DNA from: Rebecca billardiae RCC1528
Lineage: Eukaryota; Protista; Haptophyta
Assembly: GCA_965240325.2 (NCBI GenBank)
Contig: OZ251222.1
Span: forward strand, 3,038,001-3,102,000
Length of the DNA stretch: 64,000 bases
Direction of reading: 5' to 3'
Of the stretch, positions 32,248 through 44,900 are shown in pieces. Under the pieces are notes generated by a model. That model saw only the letters and a list, made by a program, of their open reading frames with translations. It did no database searches and had not been told where the DNA came from. The translations under genes and the position numbers were made by a program. Position 1 is the stretch's first letter, and each line of letters opens with the position of its first letter.

Positions 32248-33564
32248 ATGCGCTACGTGCGCGCCCTGGGCGCAGTTCTCGTGCTCGGCAGCCTGACGCT
32301 ACTCGTGCAGCACGAGGCCACACACAGAGACGTGACCGTGCGCGTCGATGCTGCCGTAGCCGCTTCGCGGCGCGCCGAGCCCTCGCGCGCGCATGGCGTG
32401 GGCACTCGCTCCTCAACGCCGCCTGCGCTCGCAGACCGTGTTGCGCCGACTGCGGCCACCCGCGCAACGCCGACTCCGCTTGCGACGACACCGTTACCCG
32501 CACGTGATATGATGCCTTCGCACGACGCGGTCCAGCCCCCATTCGGCGACGACGTCGTCGTTGTAGGTCTGAACAGGCAGATCTACCAGGAGGGCCACCG
32601 GCGCGCGTACACGTGCAAGGACGGCCTCCGCTGCGTGTTCACCTCTGAGCGCTCGGACTTCAGATCGGCGTTTGCCATCATCGACGTGCTCAAGGACCCG
32701 CGCAAGGTCGCGCCGCTCGACTTTCAGCGCCGGCCGGGGCAGCTCGTCGGCGTGGTGATCTCGGAGAAGGACGCAGCCAAGAAGGGCAACGGGCGGTACG
32801 CCGCCAACGCGTACGACTTCGAGGTGGGGTACAACGAGAAGACGGCGTGCATGTGGAAGCCGTTCGTGTGCAACGAGGTGGAGAAATGGACCAACCGCAC
32901 GCTCCTCGACGAGCTGGCCGGGCTGCCGCCGCGCCGCGCGGCCGCACTCGCCGCGCTGCCCTCGAAGAAGAGTGCGGTCGTGGCGTTTGTCTCCAACTGC
33001 GGCGGCGTGCCGTGGCGGAGGGACTACCTGCAGGAGCTGATGCAGCACATCGAGGTGCACTCATACGGCACGTGCCTGCGCAACCGCGAGCTGCCCGACT
33101 GCCCGTTCACCAAGGAGCAGATACGCAAGCTCTCCCGCTCGCACCCGTGCTCCAAGCGCGGCACGAACAACGTGATCAAGATGCGCACAATCGAGCAGTA
33201 CAAGTGGCTCTTCTCTTTTGAGAACCTCGTCGAGTCGCATTACGTGACGGAGAAGCCGTACGACGGGCTGCGCATGGGCGTGCTGCCGATCTACAAGGGC
33301 GCGCCCGAGGTGGCGGAGCACGTGCCGCCCGGTGCGCTCCTCTTCGCAGACCGCTTCAGCTCCGCGCGCCAGCTCGCCGAGTACCTGCACTACCTCGACC
33401 GCAACGACTCGGCGTATCTCGAGTACTTTGACTGGGAGCCTGCTGCCGCCGGCCGCATGCCCGTGGGGCAGCGCTGTCCGTGGCAGTGCCGCGTGTGCGA
33501 GCTGCAGCGCGACCTCGCGCTGCAGCAGCAATGCCAAGCGATGGCGCAGCAAGCCGCGTCGTAA
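32248..33564 (+). CDS. GT10 alpha-1,3/4-fucosyltransferase
   Basis: Type II membrane anchor, VAFVSNC, VHSYGTC and YKWLFSFEN..YVTEKPYDGL..GVLPIYKG (alpha-1,3-FucT motif). Confidence 0.93.
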   Translation: MRYVRALGAVLVLGSLTLLVQHEATHRDVTVRVDAAVAASRRAEPSRAHGVGTRSSTPPALADRVAPTAATRATPTPLATTPLPARDMMPSHDAVQPPFGDDVVVVGLNRQIYQEGHRRAYTCKDGLRCVFTSERSDFRSAFAIIDVLKDPRKVAPLDFQRRPGQLVGVVISEKDAAKKGNGRYAANAYDFEVGYNEKTACMWKPFVCNEVEKWTNRTLLDELAGLPPRRAAALAALPSKKSAVVAFVSNCGGVPWRRDYLQELMQHIEVHSYGTCLRNRELPDCPFTKEQIRKLSRSHPCSKRGTNNVIKMRTIEQYKWLFSFENLVESHYVTEKPYDGLRMGVLPIYKGAPEVAEHVPPGALLFADRFSSARQLAEYLHYLDRNDSAYLEYFDWEPAAAGRMPVGQRCPWQCRVCELQRDLALQQQCQAMAQQAAS

Positions 33565-34333
33565 CTGATGCCCCCACTAGATATATAGCGCTTATTCATA
33601 TGCTTCTCACTCACTCCTATAAGTTCGCGATCAGGCCTAGTGACGCCGTGACCGGTCAGCCTGTCCGGCCCGTCGGACTCAGAGTGTCGGTCAGCCCGGC
33701 GGTCAGCGCGGATCAGTCCGGCACCAGCACTGTTAATGTCGTTATGACGATTATTATAAATAATTATTGCCATTTAGCTTTGCTACTGCTGCTGGTGGTA
33801 TTGCCACCATATTGCTTCGTCAGTATATTGGACCCCGCGCGTCGTATTTATAATTATATTTTATGGCCGGGTTCACTAGTCTGTAGTCAGTCACCAGAGT
33901 CCACACGCCGGCGAGTCGACGGGACCGCGGGTGCCACACGCCCACAGGCACAGGCGCTCGTGGCACCAATGTCCAATGCTCGCGTCGGACTGTTCGGATG
34001 ACACCTCAATCGGCAGGCGCGGATGTCGACAGGTAACTACACCGTACAGTAGAGCCTTCGGCCAGAGGCGTAGCATAGACTAGCGTAGTACAATAAGCTA
34101 GGAGTCGGAGAGACCGGACGAGATCGCCGATCGCGCCACCATTATTCCACGCGGCAAGGGCTTACAGTTTACTAAGAATAAGAGACGCACACAGCTCAGG
34201 CAGGCGAGATTGACGCCCGCCAACTGTCACCGCCCATGAAGCCGTCGCCGATGGTAGCGCCGCTGGAAAAAATCGTTCAGCCGTCCGCCTGCGAGGCCTG
34301 GATGAGGGCTGCGGCCGCCTCGTATTGGCAAGT

Positions 34334-37036
34334 TCAGCCGAGAGAGGTGGCATTGCCACCTCTCGCGCGAGTTGGGGAAACGTTGAGTTCCCGAGTTTTT
34401 ACACGGGGCGGCAATTTCTGGCGCGCGCAATCTTCCGATTTTAAGGCGGTGGGTGGCGCCGCCGCCGTCGCGCTCTCGACGCGCGCGAGCTGCGCGCGCG
34501 CGGCGGCGGTTTTGGCCGCGCGGCACTGGGCCGGCTGGGTCCGCACGGCCGAGGAGGCCACTCTTGCCGCGGTGGTCGTGGCGCGGGGACGTCCCCGCCG
34601 CTCGCCAACCTCCCGCGAGCGCCTCGCGCCGCCTCGCGCCGCCTTCACGCCATCTCCGCGCGCCAACTGCACGCTCTGGACGCCTCGGCGGCAGAGACGC
34701 GCGCGGCGCGGTTGTGTGCCGTGTAGACTGGGCCCATGCGCGTCCGCTGTCGGTGCGCCCCGGCCACGCACGCGCGCAGCCCAGACCTCTCGCCTCACGC
34801 GTCGCCGCCGAGCACGGCTGTGCACCTCAGTCTGCCGTGGTGCCGCGCGCGCGGCCGAGCGAGCAGGCGGCGCGTTGTGGAGCGTGTGACGCACGAGACG
34901 GGAAGGCGTCCGAGCGTCCGAGCCACCGCCGACCGGCGGCGCGCACGCGATTGGCTTGAGCCATCGGCGCCGACGGCGCGCGCGCGCTGAGCCAGCTGAA
35001 GGCTTGTGCGCCATGGCACGGCAGCCGCCAATCGCGGCCTGCGGCCGTACTGTGCGGCAGGCGCGCTCGGTGCGGGCGCTTCGGGGCGTGGCCTCACGAG
35101 ACCGGAGCCCCTGGAAGCGCGACGCCTATGAGCTCGCCCCGGCCTGAGTGAGCGCGCATCTGTCAGTGATCGGCACACGCAGCAGCACGGGGTGGCCGTC
35201 GTCATGAGCTCCGCGCTGAGCGCTCCCACGCTGGGTGTCGACCAGGCACAAAGAACAAGCGAGCATGCGCACTTTTGAAGTTCTCACCTGCATGGTGCGG
35301 CGCTAGGCGTGCACGGTCATGCTGGCGCAAGCGAGACCATTCAGCAGGGCTGTGTGCGATGGCCGGCGGCGCAGGCGCCACGCGTGCGTGTGCGCTGTCT
35401 CCGTACCGGCGGAAGGCTGGGATCCCAGTATCCCACCCTTCACCTACGCTGACACCTTGAAGCGCTCGTGTCAGCCAGAAACGCGAGCTTCGAGCGCCAC
35501 GCGGCCAGGTAGCACGACCCACTATTCAGCCCATGTAGTCGGATGACCTGAGCAGCAGTTGGCATCATCGCGCGTGGGCGCGCGCACACGCCACCTCGGG
35601 CCAACGTGAGAGTGCGTCGGACGGGCGCGTGTGCGCACGAATCGAGTGTCAGCAGCAGCGCTCGCTCGCGCTCACCGAGGAGACATACTTGCTCGCTGGT
35701 CGTCTGGGTCAGCAGGCTACCAGCCGTGGTAGACGTTGCAGCAGATGGGATGGAAGGAGATACAGTCTCAAACTTCCTGGTAAGCAGTCGGTCTGCGCAG
35801 ACGCGGCTGCTCCCGGCGCACAAGGACCGTGCGCCGTGAGAGAGAGAGCTGCCGTGGCGCGCCCACCTCGGAGTCAGCGGACCAGCAGCACTGCAACCAT
35901 GGAACTGTGCGGTTCAACTGGAGGATTACGACTTCTGACTGGTATAGTCACTCTCTCTGTCAATGGAAGCACGTGGCTGGCATCGGACAGACGCTCAGAT
36001 GAAACGCGTTGAGGCAGGTGCGCGGCAGCATGCGAGTGCTCGCGTGCGTGCGCGCAAGAGCACACGGGCCAAGGTAAGTGCCGGGGGTCATACATCTACT
36101 CTTCACGCGGCGCCGTGCGGTGTGTCGTGGCGCGCTCAGCGCGGCCGTGTCAAGGCCATGGCTCATGACGACGGCCACCCCGTGCTGCTGCGTGTGCCGA
36201 TCACTGACAGATGCGCGCTCACTCAGGCCGGGGCGAGCTCATAGGCGTCGCGCTTCCAGGGGCTCCGGTCTCGTGAGGCCACGCCCCGAAGCGCCCGCAC
36301 CGAGCGCGCCTGCCGCACAGTACGGCCGCAGGCCGCGATTGGCGGCTGCCGTGCCATGGCGCACAAGCCTTCAGCTGGCTCAGCGCGCGCGCGCCGTCGG
36401 CGCCGATGGCTCAAGCCAATCGCGTGCGCGCCGCCGGTCGGCGGTGGCTCGGACGCTCGGACGCCTTCCCGTCTCGTGCGTCACACGCTCCACAACGCGC
36501 CGCCTGCTCGCTCGGCCGCGCGCGCGGCACCACGGCAGACTGAGGTGCACAGCCGTGCTCGGCGGCGACGCGTGAGGCGAGAGGTCTGGGCTGCGCGCGT
36601 GCGTGGCCGGGGCGCACCGACAGCGGACGCGCATGGGCCCAGTCTACACGGCACACAACCGCGCCGCGAGCGGCTCTGCCGCCGAGGCGTCCAGAGCGTG
36701 CAGTTGGCGCGCGGAGATGGCGTGAAGGCGGCGCGAGGCGGCGCGAGGCGCTCGCGGGAGGTTGGCGAGCGGCGGGGACGTCCCCGCGCCACGACCACCG
36801 CGGCAAGAGTGGCCTCCTCGGCCGTGCGGACCCAGCCGGCCCAGTGCCGCGCGGCCAAAACCGCCGCCGCGCGCGCGCAGCTCGCGCGCGTCGAGAGCGC
36901 GACGGCGGCGGCGCCACCCACCGCCTTAAAATCGGAAGATTGCGCGCGCCAGAAATTGCCGCCCCGTGTAAAAACTCGGGAACTCAACGTTTCCCCAACT
37001 CGCGCGAGAGGTGGCAATGCCACCTCTCTCGGCTGA
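34334..37036. mobile_element. 2.7-kb foldback-like DNA element with 876-bp terminal inverted arms
   Basis: 34334-35209 is the reverse complement of 36161-37036 (2 substitutions seen). Termini TCAGCCG..CGGCTGA; 4-bp TSD AAGT (34330-34333, 37037-37040). Confidence 0.9.
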
Positions 37037-37082
37037 AAGTTGGCTGGCGCCACCGGCGCCACTGACTGCAGTGGACGGCACG

Positions 37083-38525
37083 ATGGCGGCGGGCGGCGAT
37101 CGCGTGATGCTGCTGCTCCTCGCGGCGTTACCGGCTGTGGTCTCGCCAGCGGGGCTGACCCCCTGCAAGCTCAGCCCCAAGTCGGCGCAAATGCGTGCAT
37201 GGAGCGAGCTCAAGGCGCGCGGGCCGCAGCTGGAGGCCGTGATCCACAGCACCGATTATAGGCGTGTCGTGCCTGTCAAACGAGTGTGGGAGCTGTGGAA
37301 TGAGAGCGTCCTCGAGGAGCTGGCCGGCCCGACGGGCTTGCTGGCGGTGGCCTTCCAGATGGGTGCGCATACGCCCGATCAGTACGGCCACGTGTGGACG
37401 TTCATGCATTCGGTGCACCAAGCGCTGCTCATGCGGCGCGCTCCCGGCGGTGCGCAGGGCAACTGGACGCGCACGCTCGCTGTCTTCCTGCCGTCGGGCG
37501 GCCCCGCCGGGAGCGAGGGCATCTGGTTCCGCGAGTTCGAAGCGATCTTCGGCGGGCCGCGTGGGCGAGACCTCTTCGGCGTCGAGGTGAAGCGCGCGCC
37601 GTGGGTGCCGTTCTGCTGGGCGCAGTGCTGCGTGCACTTTGGCGACGTTCCGGCTGACCTCCGAGGCAAGGTGAACCTGCTCACCCAATTTCAGCTCACC
37701 GAGTGGGTGTCGCAGGCATCGCTCGGCGCGTTCCGCGAGCACGCGCTGCTTGCCCTCGGCCTCGGCCCGCCGTCCGCGCCCAGCACACCGGACACCTTCC
37801 TGTACGTGCGCACGCGCCGCTGGACGTCGCACCGGCGCGTGCAGGGCGAGGAGGCGCTCGTCGAGCTGCTGCGCGCATTCGCCGCCGCGCGGAGGCCGGG
37901 GCTGCGGTTCGTTGCGGAGGACGTGCACGAGCTCTCGTTTGCCGACGAGGCCAGGCTCTTCGCGCGCTCCGCGGTCGTCGTGAGCAGCTTCGGCTCGAGC
38001 CTGCACAACTGCCGGTTTATGCGGCCGATGGCGACTGTGCTCGAGCTGCACGGCGCGCTGCACCAGGCGTTCAATGACTTCTGGGCATACCACTTTGCGT
38101 GTGCTCTGCCGTACGGGCTGCTGCACGCGCCCTTCCCCGTGTGGGGTAGCATCCCCGTGTGTGAGAGCGCGCGTCACCGGGCGTCCAGGTGCTACAGCGC
38201 GCCGGACCACGGCTTCTCTCTCGGCCAGTCCGAGTACACTGCACGTATCAACCACACGCAGCTGCTCGACTGGCTGCAGCAGGTGCTCCCCGCCGACGCC
38301 GGCGACTCGGAGCGCGCGCGCAACGGGTGCGCGCCGCCCGTGCCGTGGCTCAGCGTCTTCGCTGGGTACGAGAGCATGATGGTCTGGCCTTTCACCGGCC
38401 TCCCCAAGGACAAGGCGCGTCACTATGCAACCGGCCCCGTGCGTAGGCGTAAGCCGCTGCCGCCGCAGTATAACAGCTCATGCGCGCCGCGCTGGGGCAT
38501 GGACGTGGTGCCCGTGCGCCAATGA
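37083..38525 (+). CDS. GT61/DUF563-like glycosyltransferase
   Basis: N-terminal hydrophobic segment, YGHVWTF, YVRTR..RRVQGEEAL and LSFADEARLFARSAVVVSSFGSSLHNCRFMRPMATVLEL. Confidence 0.82.
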   Translation: MAAGGDRVMLLLLAALPAVVSPAGLTPCKLSPKSAQMRAWSELKARGPQLEAVIHSTDYRRVVPVKRVWELWNESVLEELAGPTGLLAVAFQMGAHTPDQYGHVWTFMHSVHQALLMRRAPGGAQGNWTRTLAVFLPSGGPAGSEGIWFREFEAIFGGPRGRDLFGVEVKRAPWVPFCWAQCCVHFGDVPADLRGKVNLLTQFQLTEWVSQASLGAFREHALLALGLGPPSAPSTPDTFLYVRTRRWTSHRRVQGEEALVELLRAFAAARRPGLRFVAEDVHELSFADEARLFARSAVVVSSFGSSLHNCRFMRPMATVLELHGALHQAFNDFWAYHFACALPYGLLHAPFPVWGSIPVCESARHRASRCYSAPDHGFSLGQSEYTARINHTQLLDWLQQVLPADAGDSERARNGCAPPVPWLSVFAGYESMMVWPFTGLPKDKARHYATGPVRRRKPLPPQYNSSCAPRWGMDVVPVRQ

Positions 38526-38910
38526 GACCTGAGTAATTAATGACCCGAGCGCTGTCATATATCATCCTCTGCGTCACAGATTGCAGCTTCGTCCCGTGAC
38601 ACAGTACGATATATAACTATAGTATATATTATTCAGCTCTGCGGGTTACAGTGTCAGCTCACTCATTAATTCGCGAAGCCTATATATATATATGCCGACT
38701 GTCCGCGGTGATGACAGTATTGACCTCTGCTCTCTCTCAGTCTTAGTCTTACGTACGTTGAACGTTCTGAATGAACGCAGGGCGGTCATCGTCCGAATGT
38801 GACGACGCTGTTGTGACAATTGCGCAGTATATATATATAGTTAGTTAGCTAGCGATGCGTGCCTGCACTGCCATATATATATACATATACATATATATAC
38901 ATATGCATAT

Positions 38911-41900
38911 TGATTGGCACTTCGTGCGTGGCGGAAGCATGTGGCAGGGGCATCCCTGCGTTGCGTGCTGATCGATCAGTTTTGGTTCAGTGAAAACTGG
39001 TAGAAGTGGCAATGAAGAGTTTGGAAGCTTCGTGTGCCTGCTTCCCTCGGTCGGAATGCTCTCGGAATTCCGTTGATTGCCTTCGGGCCATTGCACGAAA
39101 GCTTCCTGTGATGATCGGGACGTCTCCTCGAAATGAAAAGAAAGTTCTGATGACTGCATGGTAGTCTCTGGTCCAGTTCAGGGCACCTTCCCAAGTGGTG
39201 AAGAATCCCTGGACCCTTGGATGTGTAGTCCGAAGACCTCATGTGTGTGCCGATACTCCTTATCTTTGGGGTAGTAAATTGCATGAACAATGGCTGCTGT
39301 TGGCCTTGCCCTTGAATGGTGAAACCGATTGAATTGCATATGATGAAAGTCTGCAGCTTGGCGGCTGAAATTGCTCAGCGCCTTGGAATTAAAGTCTCGA
39401 GCTGGGGAATGGCGCCGATGGCTGCCTTGGACTTTGACACGCCCCCTCAATTCGAAATTGGTGTAACCATGATGTCTCGAAATTTGGTGAACTTGTCCTT
39501 GGGTAGCGCCTTGGTCAGACAATCGGCGATGTTTTCCGATGTGTGTACCTTGGTAATGTTGACTGCACCGAGGTCGACACAATCTCGAATAAAATGGTGT
39601 CGTACGTCGATGTGCTTGGTGCGCTTATGATGGATGCTGTTCTTTGAGAGATCAATCGCCCCCTTGTTGTCCTCGTGGATCACAATGGGGGTCTTTGGAA
39701 TGTTGAGGATATCGCTGATGATGTCGCGTAGGTAAACTGCCTCTTTGGCTCCTTCTGCGAGTGCGACATATTCGGCCTCACAGGATGAAAGGGTTGTGAT
39801 TGACTGCTTGAAGGTGCGCCACGATACTGGGCCGCCAGCATGGAAGTAGATATAGCTTCCGGTCGAGCGGCGATCTTTTGTATCGTTGGCCCAGTCCCAG
39901 TCCACAAACATCTCAGTTCGTGGCTGAGTAGTAGCCGTTGATGTGAAAGTGATGCCGGAATTCTTTGTCCCGGCCAAGTACCTGAGCACTCGCTTGGCAC
40001 CTTTAAGGTCGTTCGAGCTTGGGCTCGCCATGTGCCTTGCCAACATATTGACTGCGTAGTTGATGTCGGGTCGGCAGGTGTTCATGATGAATAGTAGCGC
40101 TCCGACAATTGCTCGGTAGGTCTTTGATTCCTCCGGCGAGCACGATGATGAATCGTCTGTCTCGACTGCTGTCGGATGCTCTGCTGCCGATCTGCACGGG
40201 TTGTCGACGGGCGTAATGTCGCTCATGTCGTGCTTCTTGAGGAGATCGGTGATGTACTGTGACATGGAGATAGTCGTCGACTTGGGCCCCTGGGCGATAC
40301 TCATGCCTAGGAAAGTCGTTGCTGGTCCCAGATCCCGGAGGGTGAATTCTTTTCGAATTTCTCCGATAATCGAGCTGGGCCTTGCGCTGTCGGGGGAGCT
40401 GCTCAGAATAAGCAGATCGTCCACGTACACTGCGATGACGTCGATGATGTCTCCGGAGATGCGGACGAAGATGCACTCCGACTGTGCGAGTTTCTTGAAT
40501 CCTTTCTCTCGCAGTTTCTGGCTGAGGCGGAGGTGCCATCGTCGGCCGCTCTGCTTAAATCCTGGAAGGGCCATATCCCAGTCGGCCGCGACCACATGCC
40601 CCTCAGGTGGCTTGAGAGTACACGGGTACAGCGGGGGTAGCGTAGTGTAGATCTTCAGGCCGTCCTCCAAAGGGGCTTGGAGGTACGCCGTACTCACGTC
40701 CGCGGAGTGGATGATCCAAGGTCTTTCTGGTGTTCGTAGCTCCGTCGTCAGTGCCAATAGGAGGCGTACGTTCTCGTACCGGATAGTAGGCGAGAACACC
40801 TCGTCGTAATTGACTCCTTGAATCTGGCGGAAGCCTTGACCAACCAATCTTGCCTTGTACCGTTCGATGGTACCGTCTGGATTGGCTTTGACCTTGAAGA
40901 CCAGCTTCGATGGGATAATTGCTTTCCCTTTGGGAACAACGACGGGCGTGAATGTGCCCAGTCTGTCGTGGGCCTCGTATTCTTCCATGATAGCCCTTGT
41001 CCAATCGGATGCTTGCTTGCTCTCCATCGCTTCCTTGAACGATGTAGGTACCGGGATATCTGATGCGAGCTGCGCGAGCTGCGCGCGCGCGCGCGCGCGC
41101 CGCGTCGACGGGAAGTATGACTTGCCAGTCATGTTGCGGGTCCGCTGTGGGCGGCGATCGGCGGAGGGAGGAGGCTGCTTCGGCTGCGGCGGCGCGTTGC
41201 TGGGCGATGGTCCGCCTCCAGCTCCGGGGCCGTCTTCATCACCGTCGTCGTCGCCGTCATCTCCCTTCTCGTCGTCGTCGGGGCCGTCCCCGTCATCCTC
41301 GTCGTCATCGTCATCTGATTTCTCGTCCGGCGATGGTGGATCGTCTCCTCCGCGCTCGGAGCCGCTGTCGGCGTCGCTGCTGCTGCTGGCAAACTCTTCG
41401 TCGCCCTCCTCGATGGTGTTGCTGTCATGGGTCTTACCAGCATCTGCACCTTGAGGAGGTCGCCGAGCGCTCCTCGCCAGCAGGGGGTCCCGAATTTCGC
41501 GGATCTCCTTGAAATGCGTAGAGATTCGATCCAAAATGACTTGCTCGTTGAACTTGGCATGCCGAGTGATGACGATTTTCCCGTCGTCGGCACTCAAAAC
41601 GATGTATCCGTGCGATCGCTTGATGGCGCCTCGCTCGAAGATACCGTCAAATCCGTATCCCAATAAGATGCCCTCCCGCGCGCGCGGGAGTAGCTTGTTC
41701 TGCTTGTTGATCGACTGTACGAGGTAGATGCAGGGCGAGCCCCAGACTCTCAGCTTTTGCAGGAATGGCCCGGGCGAGGTGCCAAACATCAACTCGTGCG
41801 GTGAAACCAGCTTGCCATCGCTGGTAGGATGCTTGCTCATCAGGTTGCGTTGCGCGGCAGCGCACTTGGCTGCCCAATGCCACCATTTGTGGTGTACGCC

Positions 41901-44900
41901 TGAGAGGTACAGCATTGTCCTGGCGTCATTCATGATGACTCCGAGGCCACGTTCGGCGACGCCGTTCAGCTGCTGCGTGTGGGGGGGCGACATGTAGTTG
42001 CATAGCATGTCGTACCTGCGAAGGACTCGGTTCCAATTCTTTGAGTGTAACTCTCGGCCTCCGTCGAGGTGAATGGTGCATCCGGCGATGCCCTTGTTCT
42101 GCATGGTGGCGGATAGAGAGTTGGCTCCCATCTCGCTGGCCATGAGGTCGAGCTTCTCCGGCGCTTCAGCCTTGTTTTGCATGTCGTAGAAGCGCATGTA
42201 TCCGGAAAAATCATCGATGAATAGAGTTCCCCACCTTGGAGTCTTGGCGGGCAGCCCGTTGATGGGCCCGATGACATCGTTGTGGAGCATCTCGAGCGGT
42301 CGAGTTGTCCTCTCACGTGTGCCCGGGAACGGCTTAGCTTTGAACTTGGCGACGTCGGAGGGCTGGTACGTGCAGGGCGATGCCTCCGACATCTTGTCGT
42401 TCGCGCGGTAGGTTGCGCGTACACGCTTGATATCGGCGTATCCTAGTCTGGATTGCCAGAGCGTGATCTTTCGCCCGTTCTTGATCGGGTCGACGTCTGG
42501 TGGCATGTCGTCCGCGGTGGCCGGCATGGCTGTCTCGGCCTTGGGTACGACTGCCTTGAATCCGACAGTGTTGTCGGGGCGCAAATGAACCCTCTTGGGG
42601 CCGATGCGGATGTATGGTCGTTCGTCGAACACCACAGCCATTCCGGCCGCGGCGAACGCGTTGACTGAAAAGAGAGTAGTATCGAGATCTTCGACTCCGA
42701 CGACGTTTTCCAGGCACACCGGCACGGTTGTGTCTGAGTCGGCGTCGAGTAGGTATACATACATGTCGCCTGCCTTGGATGCGTGTAGCTCAATGTCGCG
42801 CTTGGCGACCTTGACAGACATGCTGGTCGGATGAGCATTGTGTAGCAGGCCGAGGTTGATATCGACAAATGATTGGGACGCGCCCGAGTCCAGATACGCA
42901 TATTGCGTCGGCTCGAGATCTGCGTCATCGGGTTCCGGGTCGATGTCCTCGTCTTGCACCATCTGGGCTCGCGGCCTCCCCGCCCACTTGGGGGGCGGAG
43001 GTACCTTGATGAACTTGCCGTCATACCTGCCGGGCTCGGCGGGCGGCTTGAAGTTGCCCTGTTTTGGTGCACCGGGCGGCCTGGGTGGCCGCAAGTCTGG
43101 ATGTAGCTTCCAGCACCGTTCTGCGGTGTGATTGCGTAGTCCGCAATGCGAGCACGTGACTGCTGGTTGTCGGCGGTCCGCCTCCTCAGTATTGAGAGCG
43201 TGCGCGGGACCGCCCCGCTTGGGGTCATGTTGCGTTGCCTGTCGTCCCTTGGGCGACTGAGTCCAACGCCTGTATGCGTCCTCGATCTGGGCGGTGAGCT
43301 GTTCGGTCTGCGCCACGCATTGCTGGGGCGACATTGAACCGTAAATAGAGATGACGGTCGAGTAGACCTCTGGGTGCTCGTGCATCCCATTGTACAGCTT
43401 GAACACGAGGAGTGTGGCGTCGTCTAGCTCTCGATAGCGTGATGCGCGTACCATCTCCACCGTTTGCTTGATCATCTCAGGGCCGCTCACCGGGGTCGGT
43501 CGGTCCGGGTAGAGCTTCTTGAACTCAGCCCGGAGCTCCGACATGGTCGATACGTTCAGCTCGTGCTCGAAGATTTCGAGCAGAGTATGTAAATTCAGGA
43601 AATTCTCATTCGGGTTCACGATGTGCCTTTTCGACTCGAGGTACGAAAAGAGACTTGGCAGCATCATGTCCTTGATACGCTTGAAAAGTACTTCCACCGA
43701 TCGCTCGTAGACGATCGTCATCTGCATGATGGTGGTGTCCGCGTCCATGTTTGCGAATGCGGTTGCGTAAGGTTCCCGAATAGCATTTTCGGCTGTCCAC
43801 ACGGCTGCCTCGGCCAGCGCGTATCCGGAGAGCCTGGCCTCGACGAGGGTGACCATGGACGACGTAGTGTCGGTCGCTCTTCCCTTGTAGGAAGCCTTGA
43901 CCTCGGTGACTGCGTCCTTGATCGCTCCGTGGATAGCCATTTTCGATTTGATTGTGAAGAAATTCAGCTTGTAGCTTCCGACGCCGGGCTGGCTTGTCTG
44001 CACAGCCATCATTGCATGTGCGTCGGGCAAGTAGGTGCAAGCTTCGCTTCCATTTCTGCGCGTTCGCGGTGACGCGTGGGGCGAGCTTGTCTCAATGTGG
44101 TCCTCTGCTGTGGCATAGCTGTCAATGTCCGACGTAGAGGACTCGTCCCCATCGCTGCTCTGCTGTGCGCTGTTGTCGGCGCCAGTCGCGGCAGGCGGGT
44201 AGTTTGTGCCATGTCCAGATGGACCGTCGTCAGCTGGTGAGTGTCCCTCGCTTGCTTCAGAAGTCAGCCCATAGAACTCGTCGTGCAGTAAGCATGCGAC
44301 ACCTGGCTGTAGGAGTGCGTCGTTACAATGGAACATGAGATCAAATAACTTGCTTTGGTGAAGCTCGTCCCTTTCCCGCACATAGTCTCCAACTGTGTAG
44401 TTGTGACCTTGATGCCGCTCTGCGGCTGCTGCGATGAAGCCTCCCGAGTAGATAGTGCATCGTTTAGATGGCCGCCAAGGGCAAATATCATCGAGGCTGG
44501 CGCCTGCGTCATTCACGACGCTCAGGCTGCGGCGATCAGCCGCTGCGACGGGTCCGTCCTGCTGGTGGACGTGAATGCCATCATCATCGATGTCAATCCC
44601 ATCGTTCATCGCTGCAAACTGGATGATCTGCTCACATTCGAGCTGATGCTGAACTTGGATGGCGTCTGCGCATCGGTAGCTGCAGACTCTGCCCATCCCA
44701 CAGATGTTGCACTCAAGAAGGCAATGCCTCGATGTGCACGACTGATTGTCGCATGGCTGGCACGACGCTGGATCATCGTCATCAATCTCACTCCACTGGT
44801 TAGGCGTTGTCGCCGCGCCCTTGTTGGCGGGCGTAGAGTCCCAGCCGCTCGCATAGACGGAAGGGAGAAACTGGAGCGTGAAGGAGGGGACATATGGGAT

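Noticed and set aside
34236-37062. Mirror-image ORFs of 170-230 aa
   Set aside because: Arg/Ala-rich products of the GC-rich inverted arms; no domain motifs.
38845-39290. Duplicated 104-aa ORFs (also 45497-45879)
   Set aside because: They lie within the two LTRs; no coding signature.
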